From Epiperipatus broadwayi (Eukaryota > Animalia > Onychophora), in the NCBI GenBank assembly GCA_028023455.1, contig JAQFVV010000006.1, forward strand, positions 17,112,001 through 17,176,000: a stretch of 64,000 nucleotides of DNA, in the 5' to 3' direction. The number at the start of each line of letters is the position of its first letter. The first letter of the stretch is position 1. Position numbers and translations under genes: made by a program. Shown here piece by piece: positions 14,005 through 26,340 of the stretch. The notes beneath the pieces were generated by a model. It did not search any database. It saw nothing but the letters and a program-made list of their open reading frames with translations, and had not been told where the DNA came from.

Positions 14005-14354
14005 TGCTTAATTTCTCATGTCATTATTAGCTGGTGGTTGAATAAAAAGAATCTAAATGAGAGAGACTTATTCATTAAATTTCTCAAAAATGATAATGCT
14101 ACCTACTGTTGGTGAAAAGATTAGTGTTTATAATACTTCTTTTACATTTGAAATAATTAACAAATTAATTTTAAAAGAAATGTGTTGATTATTTTAAGTG
14201 TAATACAGGTATTTAATTTTAAGTAAGATAAGTATTTAATGTTTTCACTGTCAGTAGTAGCGGTATCATCTTTAAGAAATTTAATGAATAAATCTCTCTC
14301 ATTTTCATTCTTTTTATCCATCCATCAGTTAATATTGACATGAGAAATTAAGCA
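14005..14354. repeat. Long inverted repeat (MITE-like fold-back)
   Basis: tgcttaatttctcatgtca...gtgaaaa (14005-14118) is the imperfect reverse complement of 14242-14354. No TSD recognised. Confidence 0.7.
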
Positions 14355-15159
14355 CCCATCATTCGCATTCGTAAGAAAAAATCTGATTTATTAATATTTT
14401 ATTAATTGTAAAATTAATATTCTTTATTTTAGACAATTATTCTTTCAACTAATGTTAAAATAAAATGAGATTTATTAATAATTATTTAATTAATATGTTT
14501 TGGCAGTTGTTTCTACATTTATTCAATATTTATGTTATTTCAACATGTGGTTATTTGTTACTGTCATTTTTTATAATTTGTATATTTAAGTCATGTGATT
14601 TGATCAAGTATAGTTGTGCGAAATTTGTGCTTTAGTTTTTTAATTATTGATGTTAATTATTTTTATTTAAAGTATATTCTTTATTAATAACACAAATTTT
14701 ATATACACTTTTTACAAATAAACCACATGGTTTAACTATCAGATATATACATAATAATTATTTTACTATACTTTAAAAACACTGCCCTATAGAAATGCAT
14801 CACTATATATTTAGGTCTGATGTTAATTATGATTAAAAAACTAATGGTCATATCATGGACATGTGTAGATTATTTGATGTCATTTATCAGTTGGATCTGT
14901 CATCTGTGGTTTTAGCTGGTCTTTAAATTTCAAAATGGCCGTGAGTGCAAACTAAATTGGTATGGAATACATTTTTATAAATAGATAACACTATTGACCA
15001 AAAGGTAGGCTGGCACCTATGAATGCGGTGATTTTTTAAGGACCAGAAAATTAAAAAGGAAGTTTTTTTATATAACAATTACAAAAGCACTTACAAAGAA
15101 AACTGAAAACAGATAGTCATATCAATTTGATAAGTTACTAACTATTAATGACATTAATA

Positions 15160-15420
15160 TTTATTGACTCAGAGAAAGCATTTGGTATGAGTAAAAGATC
15201 CATCATTTGTGAAATGATGAAAGCTTATTGATGGAAAATTGTCAGTTAAGGGTTCCAAAGCCAGATTTTGTAGTCAAAGAAATGCTATCTAATACTTTGT
15301 AATCTAGACTTTTTTTTGGAGAAGTTTCATGTGAATGCCTTGAGCAGTAGTCAGGGCCACCTAGTAAGTTCTTCACCTTTTTATCAATTTCATGATGGAA
15401 ATAATTTCAGAATGCTTACA
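15160..15420 (+). mobile_element. Highly decayed non-LTR RT fragment
   Basis: FIDSEKAF-like motif followed by a weak QG..LSP-like segment. Confidence 0.3.
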
Positions 15421-16193
15421 AAGGATGAACAATTGCAAAATGAAAATTAAAACTATTATGGACTTTCACTTCAAGATTATACAAGCACCAAATATATATT
15501 GTTAGAATGAATGTGGAAGTTGGTTTACTGAATTTGAATTTTTGTAATAATTTTTATTTTCTGAATAGTAATAAAAAATATTTTTTGATTAGAGAATTAG
15601 TTTACAAAAAAAATGAATGCTTTTTATTGATCAGAGTTCAAATGCACCCATTTTGGTCTCACAATGTGTCCTGTTTTCAAATATGCGGGGAGGGGTAATG
15701 TAAATCATTTTAATATTATAGGTGATACAGACTGGTGGTGTGAGGTTGCTACAAAAATTGAGCAGTTAGATGTTAGTGTAAAGTAAATAAGATCAAGGTT
15801 GAATTCTTGTAAAAATTATGTTGCTTCAATAAAAAATACTTGTGTAAAATAGTCTGTATATGCTTCCTTGTTTACATTCAGCAATGTACACGTATATTCA
15901 CTTTTTTTTACTGCGTGTAATAACGTATAGATGCACATTTTTTAAAGATTGCAAAAGTTTTAATAGTCATTGGAGGGTATATAAAATATTATTGATTCTA
16001 TTCATATTTGTAAGAATGTGGTTTTATTTGTTAATGATCTAGTGAAGCAATTCTTTGTCAAACTAAAATTATTGAACACAGCAGCTACATGGATGAGTTG
16101 TTGTCTTGTAAACAGTTTTTTTTATCATTTAAAAACATTTCTTGTTTTTGTTCTGTCTTTTTTAAAACACATCTATTTATTCTTGCTGATTAA

Positions 16194-17030
16194 CCCTTTA
16201 ACTGTCCAATTGTTCATTCGCTGCAGGTGGTATCACTCAAAGCTTTTAATTAGCCGATGCACAAAATAATGTATCAATTTTTCAAAAGTTATTGACCGTT
16301 TTTTTAAATATATTCACTTTAGTTTCGTTTTTAAAAAGTATATTAGTAATTTCTCACATTATAAAAATAAACGAAAGTTTGTTCAAAAATAAATTTTGAT
16401 TTTTAATTTTAAAAATATTTGTTACGGTTGACATGAAAAGAAACGGCAATCATAATTTCACGTTATGATTTTTTTTTCCCGACTTTGCAATAAATAAATA
16501 ATTCTTGCTAAAATCGTAACTATTTTTGTAAAATAATATTTATTTTTGACATATTATATGAAAATAATTTGTATTTTATTTGTATTTCATCAAAAAAATT
16601 TTTAAAATGCTCTAAAACATTCGCTTATCATTTTCAAAATAAAACAAAAGCTGTCAGAAATTTTTAATTTTTGGCAGCCATATAAAAATTTTAACAGCCA
16701 ATAAGATTCAAGAAAAGATGATGAGAAGGCGAGCTTTCCCTTTTCTTTTGTTTACAAAATTTCAACAGCCAATAAGATTCAAGAAAAGATGTGAAAAGGC
16801 AGTGCTTAGTTTTTGTTTGACATAAATCATCAATTAATTGATTTTTTACTTGTAAAATAATTCAATAGATGGCAGTATATTATAAAACTTTTTGCGTTCT
16901 AAAAAATGACGTTAAAACCGTAAACGTAGTCCAAAAACTAAGCAATTTACAGCGATGTCAAATTTACTCGATTAAAACGAATATGTATCAAAAAGTGCCT
17001 CGATTAAGAACGAGTCAAACAGTTAAAAGG
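16194..17030. mobile_element. piggyBac-type non-autonomous element (MITE)
   Basis: TTAA TSD at 16190-16193 and 17031-17034. TIR ccctttaactgt / acagttaaaagg (11/12). Internal exact 28-bp direct repeat at 16693-16720 and 16764-16791. CpG-rich relative to flanks. Confidence 0.85.
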
Positions 17031-17244
17031 TTAATATAAATAACGTTTATTCTTTTGTTTCAGAAGTTCCAAACATATGTGCTCTTTTCATCACACGCAC
17101 ACACACACGATAGAGAATAAATTACAATTATAATAATATTTTGAACTAATTAAAATAATAAATAGTTAAAGAAATTTTTTTATATTCATGTATATAATAA
17201 CAGACTAGTAATAATTGTAATCATTTTTTTTTCTTTTTAATTAG

Positions 17245-17364
17245 ATACATGACCTATCAAACAGCACAGACATTAATGAAAATAGGCCCTGTGACGAAAC
17301 AACAAACGGACTTTCTAGGCCGCCGAGGAGCTGTTCGAGGGATAGGCTTAGTGACGACGGAAGT
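17245..17364 (+). CDS. Putative host exon, 120 nt, phase 0/0 (IHDLSNSTDINENRPCDETTNGLSRPPRSCSRDRLSDDGS)
   Basis: Strong pyrimidine tract + ag acceptor, gtaatg donor, open frame, GC/CpG-richer than flanks. Product not recognised. Confidence 0.45.
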
Positions 17365-17972
17365 GTAATGTCTTTTTTCTCTTTAAATATAAATTTTTAT
17401 CTAAACTTTAATTATGTTAATTTTATTTTATAAATACTTAAAAAAATATTTAAAATAAGATTAAAATTGCACGAATATTTCTTAACAGACTTATTTATTG
17501 AATAATTTTGGTTTTTGGAAATGCCAACAATTGTTCTTAGTTTTGTTATTGTTTGGATGATTGTTAATGATTTTTTTTTTTATTAAAAAATATAATTTAT
17601 TTATAACAAAATAACATTGAATTTATATAAACATTGATAAAATAAATCTGAAAAGAAAAGGCATAAAAATAATTAATCAACATCTGTAGGATCATGAAGT
17701 AACCATGTTTCTTCATACAAAAAAAAAGAATTTAAAAATTTTGCGATTAATATGCAATATAGGTGTAATTTTTTTTAAAAAAAAAGTTATTAGTTATAAG
17801 TTTTATTCTAGCATAGGATTATAATTATAAATATAACACTGGCTAATACTCATTTTGGTGCTTCAAATGCTAGAGCCGTTTCTGAATATATTTGACTGGC
17901 TGATTCGAAAAATGACACCAGTTTTCCCCATATCAGTTTTAGTTTTTGAGATATAGAACGTATCCCATATAC

Positions 17973-18425
17973 CAGGGGTGGGCAAATAGCGGCCCGAGGG
18001 CCACATGCGGCCCACTAAGACTTTTTATGTGGCCCTCCAAGACAATCAGAAAAATCCACCTTGGACTGAGATTTACTTCCTGTTGCATGACTGAATATTC
18101 ATCTCATATTTTCCACTAGAATGGCCACATCAATATACATGCACAGTGTAGATATGATATGCAGTGATTTTCCAGTTGATCTGATTAATTTCAATTTTGT
18201 CTTTGCATTAGCAAATATATATATTTCCAACTTTTGTGAAACCATGAATGCTCCAAAAAAATGTAAAATTGGTAATGAATGTCATGTGTTTAATGAAGCA
18301 GTGTGTTTATTGTGTCATGAAAAAAGATGCGGCCCTCTGTTAACCTTCACTTCCACAAAGTGGCCCCCGATGCGGCCCTCCACCAACCTATGCGGCTCCC
18401 GAGCCAAAACAATTGCCCACCCTTA
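17973..18425 (+). mobile_element. hAT Charlie/SPIN-like internal-deletion element
   Basis: TIR caggggtgggcaa / ttgcccaccctta. Perfect 8-bp TSD ccatatac (17965-17972 and 18426-18433). Internal KKCKIGNECHVFNE..AVCLLCHE matches the N-terminus of Charlie/GTF2IRD2-type transposases. Confidence 0.9.
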
Positions 18426-18879
18426 CCATATACCATTCTTTACTCTGCTTGCCAATAAAAAAAAATCAGAATATTTTAATGTAGTGTTTTTTGGGTGATA
18501 TTGTGATGTTATATGAAATTTTATTTTATTTATTATTATTAATATAGCACTAGGCAGTATTTAATATATATTGGAATATTACAATATCTTTTGATTTGTA
18601 TTAAAAAATGTTAGTTTTTACTATATATATCTAGTATATAGAATATGTAATTTAATCATTAAAATCACTCAATACTTACATAATTCCAATAACAATTAAC
18701 AATCTCAACTTGTTATCAAGGCAACCTTCTTTTAACAATAAAAGTGGAACCTGACCTTTATTTATTGTTAATATATTTATATAGACACTAAAGATTGCAA
18801 CTTGACCACAGAAATTGAAATTATTGATAAAAAAAGTTTAAATGAACCTTAAACAAGTAAGTATAACCTGTTTTGAATA

Positions 18880-19951
18880 CACCTGGGTCTCGTTTTATGC
18901 GATAGATAGGTTCCTCAGAAAACGCGCTAACGAAATCGCGCAAAAGAGACATAACTTACATTGAAAAAGGAGGGATGCGGTCTGTGATTTTTCAAAATTT
19001 GCACAAAAGCAAAGCACCAACGTAAAATTACTTTAAAATTCGCGCAAAAAAAAAATAAGGAAATAAAATATGACTAATAAAAAATTTCAAATTTGAAAAA
19101 AATTGATACAAGACAAACTTTTTTTAACTATAATATTTAATTTTATTCAAAATAATATATTTTTATGTATAATTTACAGTACAGTAATTTACATTTTTTA
19201 ATACACGTTTTAATTATTATAGCTATTTGCCGAAAAACACGTTCGTTTGCAAACAATTAGCGCCAACTTCACACTCATGTTGTGTCAATGGTTTTCTGGT
19301 GACAACGTAATTAGTAATTAATCTATGAGTCGATGATTTTATTAATTGTTTATGAAACTAACAACTAAAAATTAAATTCTTATTTTTGTCTTTAATTTTC
19401 AATTCCGTTTAAAAATCAAATTTCACATCACATTATTTCAAGTCGCCGTAAGTAATTTTTAAATTGTTAATTACAATTAAAAATCAGATTTTAATTTTTA
19501 ATTGTCAAATTTAATTGTGCCCACTACTATTACTGACCGTTTAAAAATAAACTTGTGGACACTAAATGATTAATAATTGATTACGTTCTTTTTTAAAATG
19601 CAAAAACAGAGAATGTGATTTAAAATGCAAAATTAACACGCACAATGTTTGAACAAATTTTTATTATAATCTTGTAAAATTTAATGTGTGTATACATAAA
19701 ATGTGGAAATCATGATTTTAATTTCATTATTGCATAAAATCTTACTATTATAAAGCACTGAAAATATTGAAATTACTAAGTTGAAAGTCAAATTCCAATA
19801 ATGTGCTATTACTTTCAATATAACGTAAGTGCGCAAAATTTATTATTTAAAGTAATAGCGCAATATCGGAGTTTGACTTTCGGTGAAACACGAATCATGT
19901 AACTTGAAAATCGGGTTAAATAAGTCCGCGTAAAAAGAGACCCAGGTGGTG
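18880..19951. mobile_element. pogo/Tigger-like non-autonomous DNA transposon
   Basis: TIR cacctgggtctcgttttatgcg / cgcgtaaaaagagacccaggtg; TA at the flanks (right end has a 3-bp gtg duplication). Confidence 0.75.
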
Positions 19952-21966
19952 TACAAACTAATAAATAGTCAGTTAACATTACCAAAATGCATTTATAATT
20001 TTCAAATGGCATTCAAAGTATTATTTAAATAATAAGTTTAATAATGCAAGGCTAAATCGGTTTATAAGTAATCCTATGATTAAAAAAATATCCTATTTTT
20101 GGGACCAAAACCAGTAAAAAACATGCATGGTCATATGGTTAATTGTTATGATTTATAGAAGTGGAAATTCTTTTTGCTATTATATTTTTATTGATTTGAG
20201 CAAAAAATACAAAGCTTTTTTAATATTGGACATCAGAATTTTTGTTTTTTCAAAAATCAATTACTTCTATCTCACTATCTGAAGATATAGTTTTTGCTTG
20301 ATCTTTTTTTTTTTTGGATTTCTAGTATTTAAAAATGATAGCATTAACATTTTATAATTAGAGCTAAAGTTAATATAATTTATACACAGTGTTGATGACA
20401 TTGGCTTTGCTGCTGCTTCCTTTGTGACTCTGTGTTCCTAATACTTTTTTTGGGTACATACTTATTATTATCAATTCACAATTTCAGTGCCTTTCTTGAT
20501 AATTCATTGATAGTTTTAGAACTATTCTGCTTGTTGGAAAACTATTTCATCACGTTGACATTATTTTGACTGCAGAGTAGAAATTATAGTGCAAATACCA
20601 AACTATTTACTTGATATTAGATCAGTAGCTTTAATGAGCACTTCTCAACTTTATATGTATTTAGACAAGTTTAGAGAATTGATCTCATATCTTTTTTCAA
20701 GTGTTCCATGCTCAACAAAAACAAATAATGTTTGTAAGTTTATTAGATTTTGTGACCCTCCCCCCAATCCTAATTTTTATTTGCAGTAGATCTGATATTT
20801 GTCTTGTCGGGTTTAGTTTGAAAGCTAAATATTTTTGATTGAAACTAAACCTGTCATTTTCAGTGTTATATATCACATAATCTATTATGCAAGCAATTAG
20901 TTAATTATTTATTCATAACAATATTGTTTAACATTTTGACAGTAATGGAAGTTTTGTCATGTAAATTTTTTTTTAATAATGCCTACATCTTTGTTAATGT
21001 AGTAACATGGATATGTCTTTTATAGCTACTTATAAACATATTTATAGAAATTAGATACATATTAGAAAAAAAAATACTTATTCACAGAAATATTCTCATT
21101 ATTTTTTTAAAAATACAATCATGTATTAGAAATTAGTGATAATAAGATAACGTTATTTATAATTTGTTTCTAAATGTCAGCAAAAGTAAGTTTTTATTAT
21201 TTTAAAAAATAACATAATTTGTGCATTTTTTGTGTCAATTTCTATGGCCATTTGAATAAATTTATCATTTTGTACTATTTTTAAAATTATTTATTGTAAA
21301 TATTAAGTTTACAAAAAAATATTTGAAAATTTTGCAAATAAAGAAAAAAAGTAATAAACTGAATCACACAATCAGAACAATGGTTTTTTTTATTTATTTT
21401 GCCAATAAAAATGTATTTGGAATGAAATAAAAGTTATTTGAATTCCATTTCTATAATTATATAAAGCAATAAAATTATATTTTAAAATTAAAAATTCCAC
21501 TTATGATCATTAAAACTAATAACAAAAATAACAGCTAAGATGTTCATAGAAGCATCTTTTTTTCAGCCAATAATCATTTCCTGTTTACATTATTACATTT
21601 CTTTTGATTTGTATTTTTCTAAAATTAAAGATTTTTGAATAAAATCTAAACATCATCACAATTCTTATCAAAAAATAAATATTTCCTAAATATTTTGCAA
21701 AGATGAAAGTTGAACTTATAAACAAACTATCGAAAATCATTAACTTATTCTCAGGATTTGAACAAAAGAGAAGCACATATAAGCATAGCCACCATTTTGA
21801 AAATGAAATCTTTATATTTTTGCCTTTGAAAACTTACTCCATGCTTTTTATTAAACTTTTATCCATACAATACTAACATCTAGAGATCTTTTCAATAGTT
21901 CAAATGTTTTTGATCAAATAGACATAATATTGGCAAACAAATATTACAGATAGCCACAGCTGAATC

Positions 21967-22037
21967 ATGTTAAATCGAGCAATTGCAGCATTACAAAGCA
22001 ACTTGCAAGCATGCAGAGATAGAGTTAAGGAATTTAG
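21967..22037 (+). CDS. Putative host exon portion (MLNRAIAALQSNLQACRDRVKEF), phase-2 donor
   Basis: Open frame from ATG to an AG|gtatgc donor; joins in frame with the exon at 22228. An in-frame TGA lies just upstream of the ATG. Confidence 0.4.
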
Positions 22038-22227
22038 GTATGCAACAGAGAACTGATTTCCTATTTTAAATGCAGTATATAATGCAAGATAAAATTCATT
22101 TTAAATTAGTTAAAGATATTGCTAATTTATATATAAAAAAAAAAAAATCACCGAAAAATGAATGCCTATTTGCTTTTTATACAACATTAATATGCTTTAT
22201 AATATTTTTTATTTTTTTTTCATACAG

Positions 22228-22250
22228 ATTTGGTCAGGGATTATTGTCAG
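22228..22250 (+). CDS. Putative micro-exon (R-FGQGLLS)
   Basis: Very strong acceptor (long T tract + catacag) and AG|gtgggg donor. The frame could instead run on to TGA at 22271-22273. Confidence 0.4.
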
Positions 22251-22360
22251 GTGGGGATAAGAATTCTAAATGATGATATCAGTCATCTGTTCTATTGTGT
22301 GTGGGTGGGGGGGGGTAGTCTCTGATAGTGTATATTTGTTGATCAAAATTCTAAGCTTGT

Positions 22361-22462
22361 CAAGCATTGGTGGTTGAGAGGTCAGTGACAGCTGCTTTAC
22401 AAGCAGTTGTTCCAGGATAACGGGTTCTCTTCCCGGCGGAGGCTATGACACATGAGAAAAAA
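22361..22462 (+). mobile_element. tRNA-Gly-derived SINE, TAC-loop subfamily
   Basis: caagcattggtgg...gctgctttacaagcag...atgacacatgag + poly(A). Perfect 16-bp TSD aaaattctaagcttgt (22345-22360 and 22463-22478). Confidence 0.9.
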
Positions 22463-23766
22463 AAAATTCTAAGCTTGTTTTAACATTTCAGTCTTCTTTT
22501 ATAGTTAAGTGTGCTACTTTATCAGTTTTATTTATATAATATATTTATATATATATTTCCAAAGTATGCAACAATTTTTTTTTTTTAACCATTTGATAAT
22601 TTTTTTATGCACAATATCTGCTCATACAGATCAATCCCAGACATTGCAATCTTTTGTTAGGTTTTATTTTATCAAATTATCTTTTTTAATTTCAAAATTA
22701 TGCATAAAATAAAATATTTATTAATTTACATTATTTTAATTCAGTTACTTTTTTTTTTTTTTTGTAAATGAATAAATATATATATAGGATTCCACCTTTT
22801 TTGTTAAAGGAGGTTCCCTTGACAACAGTTTGAAATTGTTGATCGTTATTTATATTGAGATTGTCTGTGTTGACTGGCTTTTAATGATATAATTTATTAT
22901 CGTTTATTGTTTGGAAATTATTTATTTAAATTTGACCCCCAACTAAATTTTAGGAAATTTCTCATGTTACAATAAATCCCTGATTTATTGTTCATGCATA
23001 AAAAACAACTATTATTGCTTTTTATTATTTATTAATAAATATATCATTTTGCATACATATTTTTATTTCAAAATTTTAGTACTTTTAATATGATGAAATT
23101 AGCATTCACTTTATTCTTAACATATTTATATTTGTTTGAATAAATAATTTATTTAAAAATAAACTAATTTTCTGTTTCTTAATTTGCAAATAGATAAATA
23201 AATCATTCTGCTTATGCATCTTAAGAATTGTAGAATGATGCCATCTGGAGTCGTTGTTTTACTACTTTGAAGGTTGAGTTGCTTTGATGTCGTTCTTATG
23301 ATGGTAGTATCTATATATAAATATTAAAAAGCCACACACAACATATAAGTAGCAAAGATATTAAACTTTTAAAGACTAGGAAGTTATCTCACAGTCTGGT
23401 TTTCAAAAAACTTCAAGAATATGTTTTTTGACTTCTATGTAGAATTTTATTTTTCAAATGCAGAAATTTATATCTGTTTTTGTAGTTGTTATTGTTTTTA
23501 TAATAAAAGAAAATTATTATTATAGAATAGGAATAGTCAGGGCTGCCTTGTGTGGGGCATAAAGGTGCTTCATTATGGGGGTGCCAAGACAATTGCTAAA
23601 TTTTTTTCTGTAAATGAAAATGTTTATATTTCCCAATGCTCTATTATATGATATCTAGCAGTGCTCTTTAGAAAAAGGTGCCTACAATGAGTTATCGCAC
23701 TGTTGGTATTCAGTGTGTTAATCAACAATTGAATTTAAAAATCGACTTTAGTAAAAAACAAAACTG

Positions 23767-23798
<32 letters not shown>
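23767..23798. repeat. (ATA)n microsatellite
   Basis: About 10 trinucleotide units. Confidence 0.9.
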
Positions 23799-24489
23799 TT
23801 TCTGCAGTATTTCAATAGTTGAAAATTGCAAGATATGTGAAATTATATATTTGTCAAAAATTTTTAAGCACATAGAATTATTAGAAAGTAATGTTTTCTG
23901 AAGATCTCTCTCACTCCTTTCTATATTAAAAAACAAAAAAACAGCATATTTTTGAAAGGTAAAAGAACCCCCAGGCTTAGACCCATATGAGTGTGATCTA
24001 GCGATCAAGAGGACATCATATTACTATTGAATTTTCTATTTTAATTAAAGAGGCTGCATTGATACTCATCTGACCAATCTAGATTAATTTTGGGCCATTA
24101 CTCTATATTAAGACCAAACATTCATGTACCAATTGCTACTGGACGATTACATGTGTTGGATATCTGATATAAAAATCCCAAGCTAATATACGATTTGGAA
24201 AAAAAAAATCACTTAGTCCCAGACAGTTTTGAGAGTTCAGGAGTCTTATGTCAATGTCAATAAGGTTATATGATTGAATTTTGGATTAATCATAGTTAAA
24301 ACAATATATGCTGAATATTTAAGATTTTGCTTTTTGGCGATAAGTATCTAAATAGTTGGGCTTCAGCAAAAGTAAACTGCAATTAATGTTGTAGATACAT
24401 ATTTTTAAAAAAAATTAAGCTTATATGTTTCCAATGTTGAAAGAATTTCGAATTCAACCATTAAAATAATAATACATTGGTTTATTGCC

Positions 24490-24605
24490 GTTGGAGTTCA
24501 TAAATAGTTCAGGCACTTGAGGTGACAGATGGAACTATGATCCACGGACTAGTTTTAAATTCTAGAGTCCGTCACTTTATCACTGCGCCAAACCCATGCA
24601 GGGAA
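24490..24605 (-). mobile_element. Degenerate tRNA-like SINE fragment
   Basis: Minus strand A-box-like tggcgcagtg and hairpin acggact..agtccgt; related to 11050-11160. Confidence 0.3.
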
Positions 24606-25042
24606 CAGAAAACATTGCAGTGACTTATTTTTATTATTAGTTTTACTTTTTAGTAAAGTAAATATTTCAATTATTGAAAATTTTGTTTTCTGCTTTTTTT
24701 TTTTTTTTTTAAATCATATGAAAGAAAATATTACAATATTTATTTGACTTTTAGCCTTAAAAAATATAGATAAGTGGAAAATTTTTACTTGTTTACAAAT
24801 CGTTTTTTATGACCTTTAATTTGCATTAAAAAAATAATAGGTTAAACTTTACTTTAAATGATTTTATATATATATTACTAAATACTGTATTATTACGGAA
24901 CACAGATATTTTTACAAATCTTTATCTCTTCAGTTGAAAGACCTTTTATGATTCACACCCTCATACCATTTGATTGTATGCTGTCAAAGAAAAATTCAAC
25001 AATTTACACAATTATTACTTGTTTTATTTTGCTTTGTTACAG

Positions 25043-25129
25043 CTATCAAATGGCCAAGTAAATAGACGTGGAAGAAAGGGAGATATTGGCAGATCAAAGC
25101 AAATCTTTGTCATAAACAAAGCAGAATGA
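25043..25129 (+). CDS. Putative terminal coding exon (LSNGQVNRRGRKGDIGRSKQIFVINKAE* in phase 0; AIKWPSK* in phase 1)
   Basis: Good acceptor ttttgctttgttacag; purine-rich, coding-like composition. Product not recognised. Confidence 0.45.
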   Translation, partial: LSNGQVNRRGRKGDIGRSKQIFVINKAE

Positions 25130-25879
25130 TTAATGCATTATAAAAATAGTAACTCCGAATTTCACAAACTTGAAACTAGAAATCAGATTTTTTTTTTTTA
25201 AACGATCACATTGTTGGCGGTGGTTGTGGGAATTATAAGTCTGAGAGAAAAGAAAACTTTGTCAATAACCGTTATTAAACATATTGGTTTTCAGTTGTTA
25301 AAAAGATATGTAAACATCCTCCTTAAATTTTTGATTAGTTACATTTTATTTTTATATTGAAAACGTTTTTAAAATCTTATTTTATTTTTCTTATAATATT
25401 TTAATTTCATAAACAAATGTCATGTTGAGTTGTACATATATGGGATTGTCAAAAGGACTATTACTTTTGTAAATCTCTGAATCATACTGAATTTCAGGTT
25501 CGAGTGGAGAGAGAAGAGAAATTTTATTGCAGCACACACTCACACACACACACACACATACCATGGTACTTTTTTCTTCGTCATATATCTACATTATCAA
25601 ATGCACTGCCGATGACTTAGAAAATAATTGTATTTTTGGGAAGTCATTTGATATTTGAATACCCAAATGGCAGGTTGAGTATAATTTCAATATCGTTCTA
25701 CTGACTGAATTGAGATTTTTTTGACTTACTGAGCTGACTATTTAGAGTCCCTTTATACTCTGAGTCCATTACTCTACTGCTCTGGGTTGATCCCCCCCAT
25801 TCATAGTATTTTGTGAATCAATTGGTGTTATAGAGGCTGCTGATCCTGATGAAATATCCTGAGAAAGGTGTAAAATATG

Positions 25880-26340
25880 GTAGAGATATTTTTTAGAAAT
25901 ATATGGATCAATGAAGTTTTGCTGCCTGAGCTTAAGGATGCTTCTCTTGGTCTAATTTTTCAAAATTATCAGAACAGACAGCATTGTTGCATGATATCAT
26001 TATTATCCATTACAATAAAGATGCTTTCAAGGATTTTGTTAAATAGATTGCTTTCAGTCATAAATGAATTGTTATCTGAGACTCAGTGCAATTTTAGAAA
26101 ATCCAGAAGCACTACAGACATGGTTTTTGTTGCCAGGCAAATACCAAAAATAAAGTGTTGGGAACAAGTGAGTGATTTGTATATTGCTTGAATTGATTTA
26201 GTCAAGGCATTTGATTCAGTTAATAGGATAGTTTTTTGGCATCATTTACAATTAATTGATCATCTACCAAAAATTATTTATATTATGCAAGTGGAAAATC
26301 TGAGGCATTTGAAATTAAAATTGGTGTTATTATGTGCTAT
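25880..26340 (+). mobile_element. BovB-like RTE LINE, RT N-terminal fossil
   Basis: ISLLSI..KMLSRILLNRL..LSETQCNFRKSRSTTDMVFVARQ..KCWEQ..LY and DLVKAFDSV motifs. Confidence 0.8.

Noticed and set aside
20589-20826. ORF with a possible 53-nt intron
   Set aside because: Splice signals are plausible, but the peptide is unrecognisable and not linked to other exons.
23538-23700. cagggctgcc as a hAT left TIR
   Set aside because: No matching right TIR or TSD found.
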